A stretch of DNA of 64,000 nt from a virus (IMGVR_UViG_638275431_000001:19196-83195); one strand, 5' to 3'; shown: positions 46,669 through 56,115, numbered from the stretch's first letter. The notes: generated by a model from the letters alone, not told the origin. Program-made: numbers and translations.

Positions 46669-46888
46669 GTTCTTTTTCTAAAAGAGTTTTGCAGAAATTC
46701 CAGACAAACGTTTCTTTTCCGTTGTAGATATCTTGATCAAATGGGCACAGACCCCAATGCACAGTTGATTTAAATGGAATATCCAATATATCATCGTCCC
46801 ATGAATCACAATTAGCGGACAACCAATCCTTTAAGGATTGGCATGATTTGAACGTCTTTTCTTTACCAGCCGGGGAGATAGTTTTCAT
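46643..46888 (-). CDS. Hypothetical protein (81 aa)
   Basis: ORF only. Confidence 0.3.
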   Translation of the reverse strand: MKTISPAGKEKTFKSCQSLKDWLSANCDSWDDDILDIPFKSTVHWGLCPFDQDIYNGKETFVWNFCKTLLEKELESRAQEI

Positions 46889-47060
46889 TTTTTATATTCT
46901 CAAATTTCACCAAAGTTCAATCTTTAGCCCAAACAGTGTCACCACTGGGGTGTTACACTTGTAACAAATTTGACACTTGGAATAGGGGTATCTACTGAAA
47001 TATCGATGGCTGCAAGCGGGGGCTATCCCAGCGCCCAAATCAACACCATCATACCACCGA

Positions 47061-47366
47061 TTATTGGGCATATTTTGTTCCATAACGGTAACCGGTCATA
47101 AGACCAACGCGATAACCAACATCGAAAATTCCATAGTTGTAAAATGTGTCAGAATAAGCCAACTGAACCGAAGGTTTATTAATCGAGTTTTTCGACGTAT
47201 ATACTACTGAAAAGTTGTCAATTTCGACCCCTACCGCCGGATGTTTTTCATTCAGTTCATCATTTTCGTAATGTTTTGAAAAACCGCCAATTAACAAATT
47301 GGCTGAATCTGCGATTGCGTAAAAAGATGCAAAAGCAAAAGCCAAAACTAAAACAAGTTTTTTCAT
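47061..47366 (-). CDS. Secreted small protein (signal peptide MKKLVLVLAFAFASFYAIA)
   Basis: Signal peptide; Tyr/Gly-rich C-terminus. Confidence 0.4.
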   Translation of the reverse strand: MKKLVLVLAFAFASFYAIADSANLLIGGFSKHYENDELNEKHPAVGVEIDNFSVVYTSKNSINKPSVQLAYSDTFYNYGIFDVGYRVGLMTGYRYGTKYAQ

Positions 47367-47472
47367 TTTACCTCCTTCGGTATTAGTATTTCAGCACGTG
47401 TTATTGATTCCTCCACGGCCAATTCTGACAATGGGTATTATAGTCAACCCATTGTCAAAATTGTGTTGTTTC

Positions 47473-47685
47473 TCACAGAGTGTATTGATGTTCTGCTGCT
47501 ACTTCACGAGCAATCTTTTCCATATTGCGGAATTGTGCCGTGTCGTGTTTAAAGGTGCAATCAGTGACTTTGCCATCTTTAAACATGATATAGCAATGAA
47601 ATCCTTGAGTTTTATGACCGCGAATCATGTCAACCTTTGTAATACCGTTAACTTTCGCGATATGTTGCGGGTGATAGATTTTCAT
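47473..47685 (-). CDS. Hypothetical protein (70 aa) downstream of a PeSL cassette
   Basis: RBS ACGGAGTAATTTAAATG identical to the other PeSL-associated start. Confidence 0.4.
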   Translation of the reverse strand: MKIYHPQHIAKVNGITKVDMIRGHKTQGFHCYIMFKDGKVTDCTFKHDTAQFRNMEKIAREVAAEHQYTL

Positions 47686-47700
47686 TTAAATTACTCCGTG

Positions 47701-47747
47701 TTGATTTGATGGGACTATCATAAAACATAGTCCCATCAATGTAAACT
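47701..47747 (-). promoter_or_regulatory. PeSL-like cassette (copy 4; TTTACA-17-TATGAT promoter plus hairpin)
   Basis: Near-identical to the 24110 and 30558 copies. Confidence 0.55.
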
Positions 47748-48012
47748 ACTTTTTGTAAATTTTATCGACTACTACTTTGACGTAAATGAATTCAATTAGC
47801 TTCCATAGCAAGAAAAGAACTACGGGTAGCCATGCGGCAGCAATGGTTCCATAAATCTGCACAGACGATAGACTTTTTGCTGGAAACTTCGAGTCGGGCT
47901 TTCCTCGCCGCCATTCGTCAAAGAATGCATAACCATGCAGCAAAACATATACAATCAGTGCAACAGCTGTGTATTGAACGCTAGCTGCAAATAATTCAAA
48001 TAAAAATTGCAT
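47746..48012 (-). CDS. Small membrane protein (88 aa, two TM helices)
   Basis: Hydrophobic segments. Confidence 0.4.
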   Translation of the reverse strand: MQFLFELFAASVQYTAVALIVYVLLHGYAFFDEWRRGKPDSKFPAKSLSSVQIYGTIAAAWLPVVLFLLWKLIEFIYVKVVVDKIYKK

Positions 48013-48503
48013 TAGATAACCTTAATTTTAACAAGATGTAATTCTGGAACAACGTATTCAGACGGATTATACCCGATTTCAATAGTCTCGACCACACGAA
48101 TAAAATCGAAGTCATACTGTTTGGCATAACCGGTGATGTTTTCTTTCATCATTTTGCAGAAATTGTCATGGCTGAATGAATTTGTATAATCGCCATCAAG
48201 GGGGTCATACATATCTGGTGTCAACCCTAGATAGTGTTTGAATTGCAAAGACAAATGCATATTTTCTACAAAAATCTCAAACAAATCAACGGCCATCTCA
48301 GGATTATAGTCTTTGTTGCCATAACCTTTATTCTCGATGCCATGACATGACTCGAAAATCGGTTTGATTTTCTCAAAGAATTCGATATCTTTCATTGGCC
48401 TGCCAGTATGGATGACGTCAGCGTAATCATCGCCGTCATTTTCCCAGGAAGTGATTTTAATGACGTATCCTTCTGGAATTACAGTTCCGGGTGCGAATTT
48501 CAT
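48012..48503 (-). CDS. Hypothetical protein (163 aa)
   Basis: ORF only. Confidence 0.4.
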   Translation of the reverse strand: MKFAPGTVIPEGYVIKITSWENDGDDYADVIHTGRPMKDIEFFEKIKPIFESCHGIENKGYGNKDYNPEMAVDLFEIFVENMHLSLQFKHYLGLTPDMYDPLDGDYTNSFSHDNFCKMMKENITGYAKQYDFDFIRVVETIEIGYNPSEYVVPELHLVKIKVI

Positions 48504-48607
48504 TTTCTATACCTCAAGATCACGTTCAGTAAGACGACCACCATATTCACACCAGACTTTAACCAACTCTGATGTTTTCGTATGTAAAAATGCTTCTTGC
48601 TGATCTG

Positions 48608-48817
48608 TCATTTATTTTTTCCAATTGTATCTGTGTAAACATGAAACGGAACAATGTAGCTGCATAATGCAGTTGTCAATACAAATCCGCATTTTTGGCC
48701 TATTGACCAAACAAAATTCCATCGGAATGTCGATGTTGTATACTTTATAGCGTTAATAGCCAAAACTGTGCATGCCGCTAAATACACGATCGCAAAATAA
48801 AACAAAAAGGTTTCCAT
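48608..48817 (-). CDS. Small membrane protein (69 aa)
   Basis: Hydrophobic. Confidence 0.35.
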   Translation of the reverse strand: METFLFYFAIVYLAACTVLAINAIKYTTSTFRWNFVWSIGQKCGFVLTTALCSYIVPFHVYTDTIGKNK

Positions 48818-48834
48818 AACTTCTCCGTATAGTT

Positions 48835-48861
48835 ACAAAAATGCCCTCCGAAGAGGGCATT
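48835..48861 (-). terminator. Rho-independent terminator (atgccctccgaagagggcat plus U-run)
   Basis: Hairpin plus T-run. Confidence 0.6.
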
Positions 48862-48867
48862 TGAAAA

Positions 48868-49074
48868 TTATTCAGCAGCTTCGACAGCTTCACCCAGAAG
48901 GCGAGGTTCATGAACAACAACATCAACCAGTTCACTACGAACTTCAGCAACTACTACACGTTTTTCGCCTTCACCTTTGACGAGGGCAGTGAAAACAGGG
49001 CCTACTTCAACAGAAACAGCACGGCCGGATACAGTCAGGGTAGAACCAGTGGACAGAATTACTTGCTTTTGCAT
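48868..49074 (-). CDS. Hypothetical protein (68 aa)
   Basis: ORF only. Confidence 0.35.
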   Translation of the reverse strand: MQKQVILSTGSTLTVSGRAVSVEVGPVFTALVKGEGEKRVVVAEVRSELVDVVVHEPRLLGEAVEAAE

Positions 49075-49179
49075 TTTATTTTCCTTAAGTTTGATTAGTT
49101 TTCATTTCTGAACAACGTTTTGTTCATGAATTCATAGTACATCAATTTTCGTAGCTTTGAACATTAACTGTTTTTTGCT

Positions 49180-49617
49180 TTAATCTTGGCGTAATTCTTC
49201 CACATATTCATGTGTTGTTACGATAGGGAAGTCATATGATCCTTCATACTTAAGAGGACCAATGTCTTTTGCAATCGTGATGTGAGGAATGTATTCGTCA
49301 AAATCATGTGCTGACGAGCCAAGGATCTGGCCGTACGCGTGTCGTTTTTGCATGTACGGAGAATCATATGCCAGAACAAGAAAATTCTTTTCTGGAGTTT
49401 CAAAAATTCTCAGATAGCAACTGTCAGCCAAATGTTCAGGCGAATCATCTGGGATAAATGGAACATATACTCTGCTATAAACGATAGTAGAATGAAGTTC
49501 GTCTCGAGGAACAGGATTTGGCAATCTCAGTTCTTCTTGAATACGCTGGATAAAATCCAGCGTTTCATCACTAAATTTACAAGCAACGTATGTTCCTACG
49601 AAGCTGTCTGTAAACAT
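49180..49617 (-). CDS. 57B: 2H phosphoesterase at the position of T4 57B (Acb1, anti-CBASS cyclic-oligonucleotide phosphodiesterase)
   Basis: Two H-x-[TS]-x motifs (HSTIVYS, HITIAK); 145 aa; immediately upstream of 57A and gene 1, as in T4. Confidence 0.6.
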   Translation of the reverse strand: MFTDSFVGTYVACKFSDETLDFIQRIQEELRLPNPVPRDELHSTIVYSRVYVPFIPDDSPEHLADSCYLRIFETPEKNFLVLAYDSPYMQKRHAYGQILGSSAHDFDEYIPHITIAKDIGPLKYEGSYDFPIVTTHEYVEELRQD

Positions 49618-49850
49618 TATTCTTCTACCACTTCGACTTCTTGAGAAGGAACCAGAGCTTCTACTGCTTCTACAATAGAAGAAAGGGTAATACTATCTTC
49701 GCCATCAGCCGGAGTCACACCCACAATTTGGACGATTTTGGTGAGGGCATCTGAAAATTCTTTTGCTTGTTGTTGAGTAGCAACAAGTTGCTCGCTCAGA
49801 TCAAAAACTCGAATTTTCAGGGAAGCGATGGTTTGTTGTTCTGCGTTCAT
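49617..49850 (-). CDS. 57A: gp57A tail-fibre assembly chaperone
   Basis: 77 aa coiled-coil with acidic tail (...SSIVEAVEALVPSQEVEVVEE), similar to T4 gp57A; synteny. Confidence 0.7.
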   Translation of the reverse strand: MNAEQQTIASLKIRVFDLSEQLVATQQQAKEFSDALTKIVQIVGVTPADGEDSITLSSIVEAVEALVPSQEVEVVEE

Positions 49851-50530
49851 TTTATATCCTTAGGGTTTAGTGTTTTTACGAAATTGTTAACGGATTCATG
49901 CAAATCTTCAAGCGTTCCAGTATTATCAATTACATGATCACCAGAACGAATAGGAAGACCTGCTTCGGTGGAATGAGTATCTACTGAATCAGTATGACGA
50001 ATAATATGAGCAACTACTGCTCCCAATTCTCGCATTTCTGACATTTCGTGGTCTTGTCGACAGTCAGTAACAACGACATTTTCGTGATTCAATAGGAAAT
50101 TTTCTAGATATTGCAACCATATACGTTTATTTATTGCGCAACCAATGTCAGTTCCAAATGTTTGCATCAGTCGGCGAATTGACCATGCTTTTTTATTTCC
50201 GAGAACTGCTTCTGAAATAATTCCAGTATGTGCATATGTGTAATCGATTTGTTGGTCATCACACACAAGCATCCATGCAGATCGCATAATTCTAAAAACA
50301 TCTGAATTAGAAATGGGCAAAATATTTTCACGGTCATAACCAAGACCGTTAAAATCATTCATATTAAAATATTGGACAAACATCGGCAATCGATTGTCAT
50401 CTCGGATTGCACGATATAGGAAAGTCTTGATAGGTTCTGCTAAAGCGTACTTATGAAAACCTTCTTTTTCCAATAGATCGCCTACTGTGTCTTTTCCACA
50501 TCTCTTTTTCGCCGATAATGCAATTATCAT
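49847..50530 (-). CDS. 1: dNMP kinase gp1
   Basis: MIIALSAKKRCGKDT ... DCRQDHEM ... TEAGLPIRSGD match T4 gp1. Confidence 0.85.
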   Translation of the reverse strand: MIIALSAKKRCGKDTVGDLLEKEGFHKYALAEPIKTFLYRAIRDDNRLPMFVQYFNMNDFNGLGYDRENILPISNSDVFRIMRSAWMLVCDDQQIDYTYAHTGIISEAVLGNKKAWSIRRLMQTFGTDIGCAINKRIWLQYLENFLLNHENVVVTDCRQDHEMSEMRELGAVVAHIIRHTDSVDTHSTEAGLPIRSGDHVIDNTGTLEDLHESVNNFVKTLNPKDIK

Positions 50531-50532
50531 TG

Positions 50533-51060
50533 TTATACTCTCAAAGGTCGTATTAATTCACCATCTTTTTCAATTTCAAAATATTTGAAGAAAAAGGTAA
50601 TTGTAAATGTCACAGAAACATCGCCATCCTCAGTGTAAGAATACTCTATTTCACCGATTTCAGATGGCCAAGCACCATGATAATTGAATGAGGCAATTAT
50701 ATCACGCTTGGAGTTATTAAGAACATGAAGCGTTATTGCTGGCGGTTGATTAACAGTTCCCCACATAGTAGGAGTTTGCCGAGCATAGTCGTTCAATGAA
50801 AGCATCCATCTGTACATTTCGGTATATGCTTCAAAATCCTCATCAAGCAATACTCGAACGATCAACGGATCAAATTCGGTTGTTGTACTGGGAACGTTTT
50901 GTCTAGCAGTTCCCTGAGAATTTAACGGCATTTCTGTTGGAGGTATACGAAAACCTGGTATTGATGCTGATTGCACGTTCATGAGCATGGTCTTAATACC
51001 AGCAGATGACGGTATATCAAGCGTAAAGTTAGTAATATTCGATTGATTGTTTAAAGCCAT
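50533..51060 (-). CDS. 3: gp3 tail-sheath stabiliser/terminator (assigned by synteny and size)
   Basis: 175 aa, between genes 1 and 2 as in T4. Confidence 0.5.
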   Translation of the reverse strand: MALNNQSNITNFTLDIPSSAGIKTMLMNVQSASIPGFRIPPTEMPLNSQGTARQNVPSTTTEFDPLIVRVLLDEDFEAYTEMYRWMLSLNDYARQTPTMWGTVNQPPAITLHVLNNSKRDIIASFNYHGAWPSEIGEIEYSYTEDGDVSVTFTITFFFKYFEIEKDGELIRPLRV

Positions 51061-51089
51061 TGTAAAACTCCATAAAAATTAAAACCTGT

Positions 51090-51200
51090 TTACAGGGTTT
51101 GAGCTTGCTCAAAACTTATCTTTTTATCCTTTTAGTTATAATATCTATTAAGCCATAAAGGATAAAAATGAATGATTCAAGCAAGCCTTGAATCCTGGCA
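51090..51200. repeat. Composite repeat, copy B (see 11141..11240): same flanks, core inverted
   Basis: Direct comparison. Confidence 0.7.
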
Positions 51201-51286
51201 AGCCAGTAACCTTTATATAACCGGATGCATACAGGGTTTAACCGGAATCACCCTGCTAAACTTGTTACGTCGAGATATATGGTTTA

Positions 51287-52153
51287 TTAATCCATAAAAT
51301 AAAATGGCCCAGACGAAGTCCAGGCCATTACCATTAAGCACGTGGCCCATACCTTTTTGGCAGAGTATCGTTTGCCTTTCGACATAAATTGCTGCAGCGG
51401 CATGTAAATGACATTCACCCAGTCGCTAGGTTTCACTTCTAGCATTGAACCTTTTAAATGAGCTGGTAGGTATGCTTTTATCATGACGTCGGAACCATTC
51501 ATTCCTTTAACATTCGACCAATTTATTTTCAGAGTCGTTTTATTGGAGAGTCGTTCGGTGCTTGCATAATTTTTTAGCAATTCTTCTAAAAAGCTTTGTC
51601 TAGCTTTTGGAGGAATATAATGCAGGTTTAAGCCATACATTAAGGGGCCTGATGAAGATGTGCCTATTCCCAAAAATAAAATTAGCGGGAATCTATCCCA
51701 ATATTCGAGAGTATCTTTGTGCTTTGCATCATATGCAAAAGTGTAAATTCTCCCTGGTTTCGGGTTTGATACCATGTGACCGCGAATTGATTTTTTGACA
51801 GTATCATTGAACCATTTTTGAGATTTATTATTGTTTGCTGCTCCAGTATCAGCTGCTCTAGAACGCAGTTGACTTCTGAAGTCATTTATCATGACCAATG
51901 CTTTCTCGCGTGCATTTAATTTTGCTTTATTTTTTAGACTTTCGACTTCTATGGCAATATCAATTTGCATTGCGAATTTAAGCATAGTCCGTCTAAACGT
52001 GTCATAATTTAGACCCTTTGATTTTGCAAAATCCTTTCCTGATACGCCTTTGGATTTTGCTTCTCTCCATTCTATTCCCAATGTTACCCATTGGTTTCTT
52101 GACTTTTTCTGTGGAGCTTCATTGACATAGTCAAAAATCATTATCCTCTCCAT
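51287..52153 (-). CDS. 2: gp2 DNA end-protector (by synteny and size)
   Basis: 288 aa, between genes 3 and 4. Confidence 0.5.
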   Translation of the reverse strand: MERIMIFDYVNEAPQKKSRNQWVTLGIEWREAKSKGVSGKDFAKSKGLNYDTFRRTMLKFAMQIDIAIEVESLKNKAKLNAREKALVMINDFRSQLRSRAADTGAANNNKSQKWFNDTVKKSIRGHMVSNPKPGRIYTFAYDAKHKDTLEYWDRFPLILFLGIGTSSSGPLMYGLNLHYIPPKARQSFLEELLKNYASTERLSNKTTLKINWSNVKGMNGSDVMIKAYLPAHLKGSMLEVKPSDWVNVIYMPLQQFMSKGKRYSAKKVWATCLMVMAWTSSGPFYFMD

Positions 52154-52623
52154 CCAAAATGAGTTCTAAGCGAATTTTCAGTTATTATCTTGAAATTCCA
52201 ACCTTTTTCCATACAAAGGGCATTAGCAGCTTTCCACTTATCTGTATTCACTTGCCATGTGTACATTTCTGCCATAAATTGCTTTTTAGCTTTCGCAGTA
52301 TTCGTAGACTTCATTTGGGGAGGTCTGCATTCCTTTTCGGGTTTTACTTCGAACAGGAATACTTGACCGTTTGACATTTTGACCCAAAAATCCATGAAAT
52401 ATCTTCGTCTTTTTCCATCAGCATTCGAAAAATATGGGATTATTACTTCTTCAGAATTCCATGCTATAACCGATGGTGACTGGTCGAAAAATTTCATGGC
52501 CCAAGCCTCCCAGCTTGAGCGATACGTTATTTTATCAACATTGCCTTTATATTTCCCAATGTTCTTTGGTCTAAATTTTCCAGAATATGCCATATCATTT
52601 AGCCTTCTTACAGTTGGTGCCAT
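52141..52623 (-). CDS. 4: gp4 head-completion protein
   Basis: 160 aa; YRSSWEAWAMKFFD...; synteny. Confidence 0.6.
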   Translation of the reverse strand: MAPTVRRLNDMAYSGKFRPKNIGKYKGNVDKITYRSSWEAWAMKFFDQSPSVIAWNSEEVIIPYFSNADGKRRRYFMDFWVKMSNGQVFLFEVKPEKECRPPQMKSTNTAKAKKQFMAEMYTWQVNTDKWKAANALCMEKGWNFKIITENSLRTHFGWRG

Positions 52624-53299
52624 GCCACCGATTATGATTTCCTCGGTTGGTCACAATTCCACAATGTTCGCATTCGTATCTTATAGAATTTTTAGCAGAT
52701 TCGCTCATGCGCTTTCTAACTTCGGGTGAGCTCAATATCTTTTTTAGATTTGTTTTTTGCTCATCCGACCTCTTTTGGCCTTTGTTGGCCTTGGATATTT
52801 TATTTTTCCACTCGTCAGTTATTTCGCGATTGGCAAGTTTGCTTTTGTGTTCTTCGCTCAGAGGTTTACCCTTTAGAGCTTTAGATAAATTAGCTCGGTG
52901 TTCGTCAGACCTAGCAGGCGGTTTTTTACCCAACAGGCTTTTAGATATATTAGCGCGAGTTTCATCCGATCTCTTTCTACCAGTATGAAACTTTACCGAT
53001 GTTTCCACAGCTCTTTTTCGAACCCATTCAAACTGCTTATTATTTGCATTAGCACTACCCATCAATATTTTTGCAGCATGCGATATGCTATGATTGTCTG
53101 GGAAAATTTTAACCAACAACTGATGAGCAACAAAGTGTTCAGACGCTGTCAAAAATACCAGATTGTCAGAGTGATTTGACCCGCCAAGACACTTTGGCAC
53201 TATGTGATGCCTTTCAACATAAAACTCTATATCAGATCTTATGTTTCCTCTTTTTCTTCCCTTTAACATCAGATCATCGTAAATTTTTTGATAATTCAT
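52595..53299 (-). CDS. Free-standing HNH homing endonuclease (mobE/I-HmuI-like) with NUMOD3-type repeats
   Basis: ERHHIVPKCLGGSNHSDNLVFLTASEH HNH core; repeated RSDE(T/H/Q)RANLSKxLKGK modules; C-terminal Cys/His cluster. Confidence 0.75.
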   Translation of the reverse strand: MNYQKIYDDLMLKGRKRGNIRSDIEFYVERHHIVPKCLGGSNHSDNLVFLTASEHFVAHQLLVKIFPDNHSISHAAKILMGSANANNKQFEWVRKRAVETSVKFHTGRKRSDETRANISKSLLGKKPPARSDEHRANLSKALKGKPLSEEHKSKLANREITDEWKNKISKANKGQKRSDEQKTNLKKILSSPEVRKRMSESAKNSIRYECEHCGIVTNRGNHNRWHGTNCKKAK

Positions 53300-53302
53300 T
53301 TT

Positions 53303-53809
53303 TTAAATGTCCTTACTTATACCTCTATTTACATAATCACGTAAATTATTTGCCCATACACTCCATTCTCCAACAACCTTTTGTGTATACGTCTTGCTTA
53401 TCACGTATCTAGCTGGTTCACTTGAAGGATTACCTGGCTCAGTTGGCGTAATAACGTCGTATGTTAAAACAACAAGGTATGAATATTCTTTTTCCATTAC
53501 TCTTGGCGCAAGAAAAGAATACAAATCGGCCGTTTGTGGATCAGGCAAATCTTCCCATTTATTTGCAGTTTCTCTTTCGCCAGATTTGAGACGATAAGAA
53601 AGACCTCCGTCGAGAACAAAAACTCCAGTGTATTGCCCGGAAAAAGAGTTGGCCGTCACGGTAATTCCAGCGTTTTGGTCTACTGGATTAACGGAAATAG
53701 AAACCAGGGTTGCCCCTGGTTCAGTTAAGTTTGCGCTAAATGTCTGCGATACTGTTTCATTTTCCCTTTTAACCGGCAAAACGGCTGATGCTGGCAATAT
53801 ATTTGACAT
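53303..53809 (-). CDS. Hypothetical structural-module protein downstream of gene 5 (position of T4 5.1-5.3)
   Basis: ORF; synteny only. Confidence 0.35.
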   Translation of the reverse strand: MSNILPASAVLPVKRENETVSQTFSANLTEPGATLVSISVNPVDQNAGITVTANSFSGQYTGVFVLDGGLSYRLKSGERETANKWEDLPDPQTADLYSFLAPRVMEKEYSYLVVLTYDVITPTEPGNPSSEPARYVISKTYTQKVVGEWSVWANNLRDYVNRGISKDI

Positions 53810-53812
53810 GAA

Positions 53813-55567
53813 TTACCGCAAGTTTATTCTAGAACCATCAATTGAGAATGTTCCTTGTGCAACATCGGATACTTGGGCCGACTGTCTATTCCAATTACCA
53901 GAAACATCATCTGTTCTACTTCCTCCAACTTCAGTAGAAAAATTTCCTCCAATTTTCAGAGTGTAATTTCCATCAATCGTGTTAAAACAGTCACCCATAA
54001 CTTTAATATCGGCATTTCCATCAACATCTGCACTTAGATTTCCTTTTACTAACGCTGATGAATTTCCGGTGACATACTGATTGACATTACCTTCTACTCG
54101 CTCGTCAACATTCCCACGAACGAATTGGGTAGCATTTCCAGATATTGTGCTATTAGAATCACCTTGAACAAAAATATCAGCATCCCCGTCGACAACGATC
54201 TTGAGTTTTCCACCGATATGAACATTCCCATCGTTCTTAACAATGTAGAAATCATCGCCAATAATTTTCGTGACTTTTGTTCCATCAGGATGTATTTCTT
54301 CAAACGTACCCGTTCGATGATATGTTCTTATGCGTTCATGTCCGGGTGTATCATCAAATTCCTGGATGTGACCAGACTCACTTTCATACACTTTGTTATA
54401 TGGATATACGGCCGAGTAAGGTGATTCAGGCTCGGTGAACGAGGGAGCTTGGGCGGTTGATGATACACTCGCCGTTTTGAACATTCTCATCGTCCGCAAT
54501 GATGGCGCAGATCCTTGTGACCCACCGTATGGCACCAAGTTTCCATTTCTTATGACTTCTGACACACGACGAGCTCGTGATGGAGTTTGTCTAGCCCATA
54601 ACGAATCGAGAGCAGCATCAGCCGCGTTATCGTATTGGCCTAGTGCTAAGTATCCGAGCATCATATTAAAATCTGCTACACCACCAACACCCATTTGGAA
54701 CGTCATATTGACAATAGCCATTTTACGAGTATCGTCTAGCATCGAATATACCGGGCCGACCTTGGAATTGCTTGATATGCTAGAATAGACGCTGGAAAGA
54801 TCGCGTTCAAACAGCATAGAGCATTCTTCTTCGGTTATTCTCCCATTAACCTGCCTGCCTACTTGTTGACTGAGCAATTGGTTTATTCTTGTCATATTTC
54901 TAGTTTTTTCGTGAACTATCAAATGACCTATTCCAACAGTTGGATATCCTTCACTGTCCCAATAAACCGATACACGAATACCTTCGTCATAACGTAGCAT
55001 ATCCTCTATTGTTACGTCTGGATCTGGATTTGGGTATATTTCGTCATTGGGTGTTCTATCTGCACCTTGTGCAACATCTCGGTTGAGATTTTGATCTTCT
55101 ACGACAACTGGAACAATTTGGTTTTCTTTTACAATTTGGCCTGGTGAAATTTTTATTTCTTTTCCACCTCTAGCCAAAATATTCACATCTGAACCGACGT
55201 GCCGAGGATATTCTCTTGATGGGTCAGAGAAACCTTTATTGAAATCAGGCATCATTGGATATATACCTGGATATGTCCCGAGAACTAGGCCATTTTGATA
55301 AAATTCATCCAAGAAAATTCCGTATACATGTGTGCCAGTGACAATACCTACTGGAGCCTGGCCTACACCCGAAACTGACGCTGATGTTACAGGCATGCCT
55401 ACTGACATCCACAGCAAATCCTCGGTTGCTAAACCATAGTCGTCTGCTCTAACCTTTTGTTCCGGGTGAATACCGTGGACACGCACTCTCACCCTTCCTA
55501 ACATGTACGGATCCTGACGATCTTCTACGACGCCAGTAAAAAATCTATCAAGTGCCTTTTTTAACAT
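53813..55567 (-). CDS. 5: gp5 baseplate hub with lysozyme domain and C-terminal beta-helix spike
   Basis: EGIRVSVYWDSEGYPTVGIGHLIV T4-lysozyme motif; C-terminal VxGxxxxx octapeptide repeats. Confidence 0.9.
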   Translation of the reverse strand: MLKKALDRFFTGVVEDRQDPYMLGRVRVRVHGIHPEQKVRADDYGLATEDLLWMSVGMPVTSASVSGVGQAPVGIVTGTHVYGIFLDEFYQNGLVLGTYPGIYPMMPDFNKGFSDPSREYPRHVGSDVNILARGGKEIKISPGQIVKENQIVPVVVEDQNLNRDVAQGADRTPNDEIYPNPDPDVTIEDMLRYDEGIRVSVYWDSEGYPTVGIGHLIVHEKTRNMTRINQLLSQQVGRQVNGRITEEECSMLFERDLSSVYSSISSNSKVGPVYSMLDDTRKMAIVNMTFQMGVGGVADFNMMLGYLALGQYDNAADAALDSLWARQTPSRARRVSEVIRNGNLVPYGGSQGSAPSLRTMRMFKTASVSSTAQAPSFTEPESPYSAVYPYNKVYESESGHIQEFDDTPGHERIRTYHRTGTFEEIHPDGTKVTKIIGDDFYIVKNDGNVHIGGKLKIVVDGDADIFVQGDSNSTISGNATQFVRGNVDERVEGNVNQYVTGNSSALVKGNLSADVDGNADIKVMGDCFNTIDGNYTLKIGGNFSTEVGGSRTDDVSGNWNRQSAQVSDVAQGTFSIDGSRINLR

Positions 55568-55575
55568 TATGCACC

Positions 55576-56115
55576 TTAAACCTTTTCCATTTCACGTATC
55601 ATGTCGTTTAGGAACGAGTTGATATCAGCTTCGCTAATTATCAGAATTTTTCGTTTCTGCTCATTGACAGCAGATTGAGCTTCAAGGGAATCAACGGCCC
55701 GAAGTGCTCCAATGTATTGAATATGTGATCTAGATGTATCTCCAGCATCATACCAATGTCTCGGGAAATCTGGGTCTTCTACCAAATTCCAATACTTTTC
55801 ACCGTTGGCATCAACATGATATACGGCCTTATTTTCTGGATATTGTTGCTGCGCGTAATCATATGCAGCATCTTGTGTTGTTATCCATCCGTAAAATGGG
55901 TCATATACATCGTTACGCATTAGCAAAACCCAATATAGCTGTTGATTACCATAAAGCTCATGTGCCAACATTTCAGGTCTTGTTGAACCATTTATCCAAT
56001 ACACTTCAGGCTTGTATTTTACGATAACACGATTAAAATACGCTCTGTAATTCTTAAAAATATCAGTAGTAGATTTACCCTGATAATCTATTGGGTCAAA
56101 AAATGAAAAAATCAT
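55576..56115 (-). CDS. 53: gp53 baseplate wedge
   Basis: MIFSFFDPIDY...GNQQLYWVLLMRNDVYDPFYGWITTQDAAY...EADINSFLNDMIREMEK aligns with T4 gp53. Confidence 0.85.
   Translation of the reverse strand: MIFSFFDPIDYQGKSTTDIFKNYRAYFNRVIVKYKPEVYWINGSTRPEMLAHELYGNQQLYWVLLMRNDVYDPFYGWITTQDAAYDYAQQQYPENKAVYHVDANGEKYWNLVEDPDFPRHWYDAGDTSRSHIQYIGALRAVDSLEAQSAVNEQKRKILIISEADINSFLNDMIREMEKV

Noticed and set aside
22629-47747. Repeated GATGGGA...TCCCATC elements as a possible CRISPR array or attachment sites
   Set aside because: They are single dispersed copies kb apart, palindromic, each overlapping promoter consensus and an RBS. They lack regular spacing and spacers, and no integrase is present
49180-49617. 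Alternative reading of the 2H phosphoesterase as an RNA-repair LigT/CPDase
   Set aside because: No RNA ligase or kinase partner is nearby. The gene sits exactly at the 57B (Acb1) position beside 57A and gene 1
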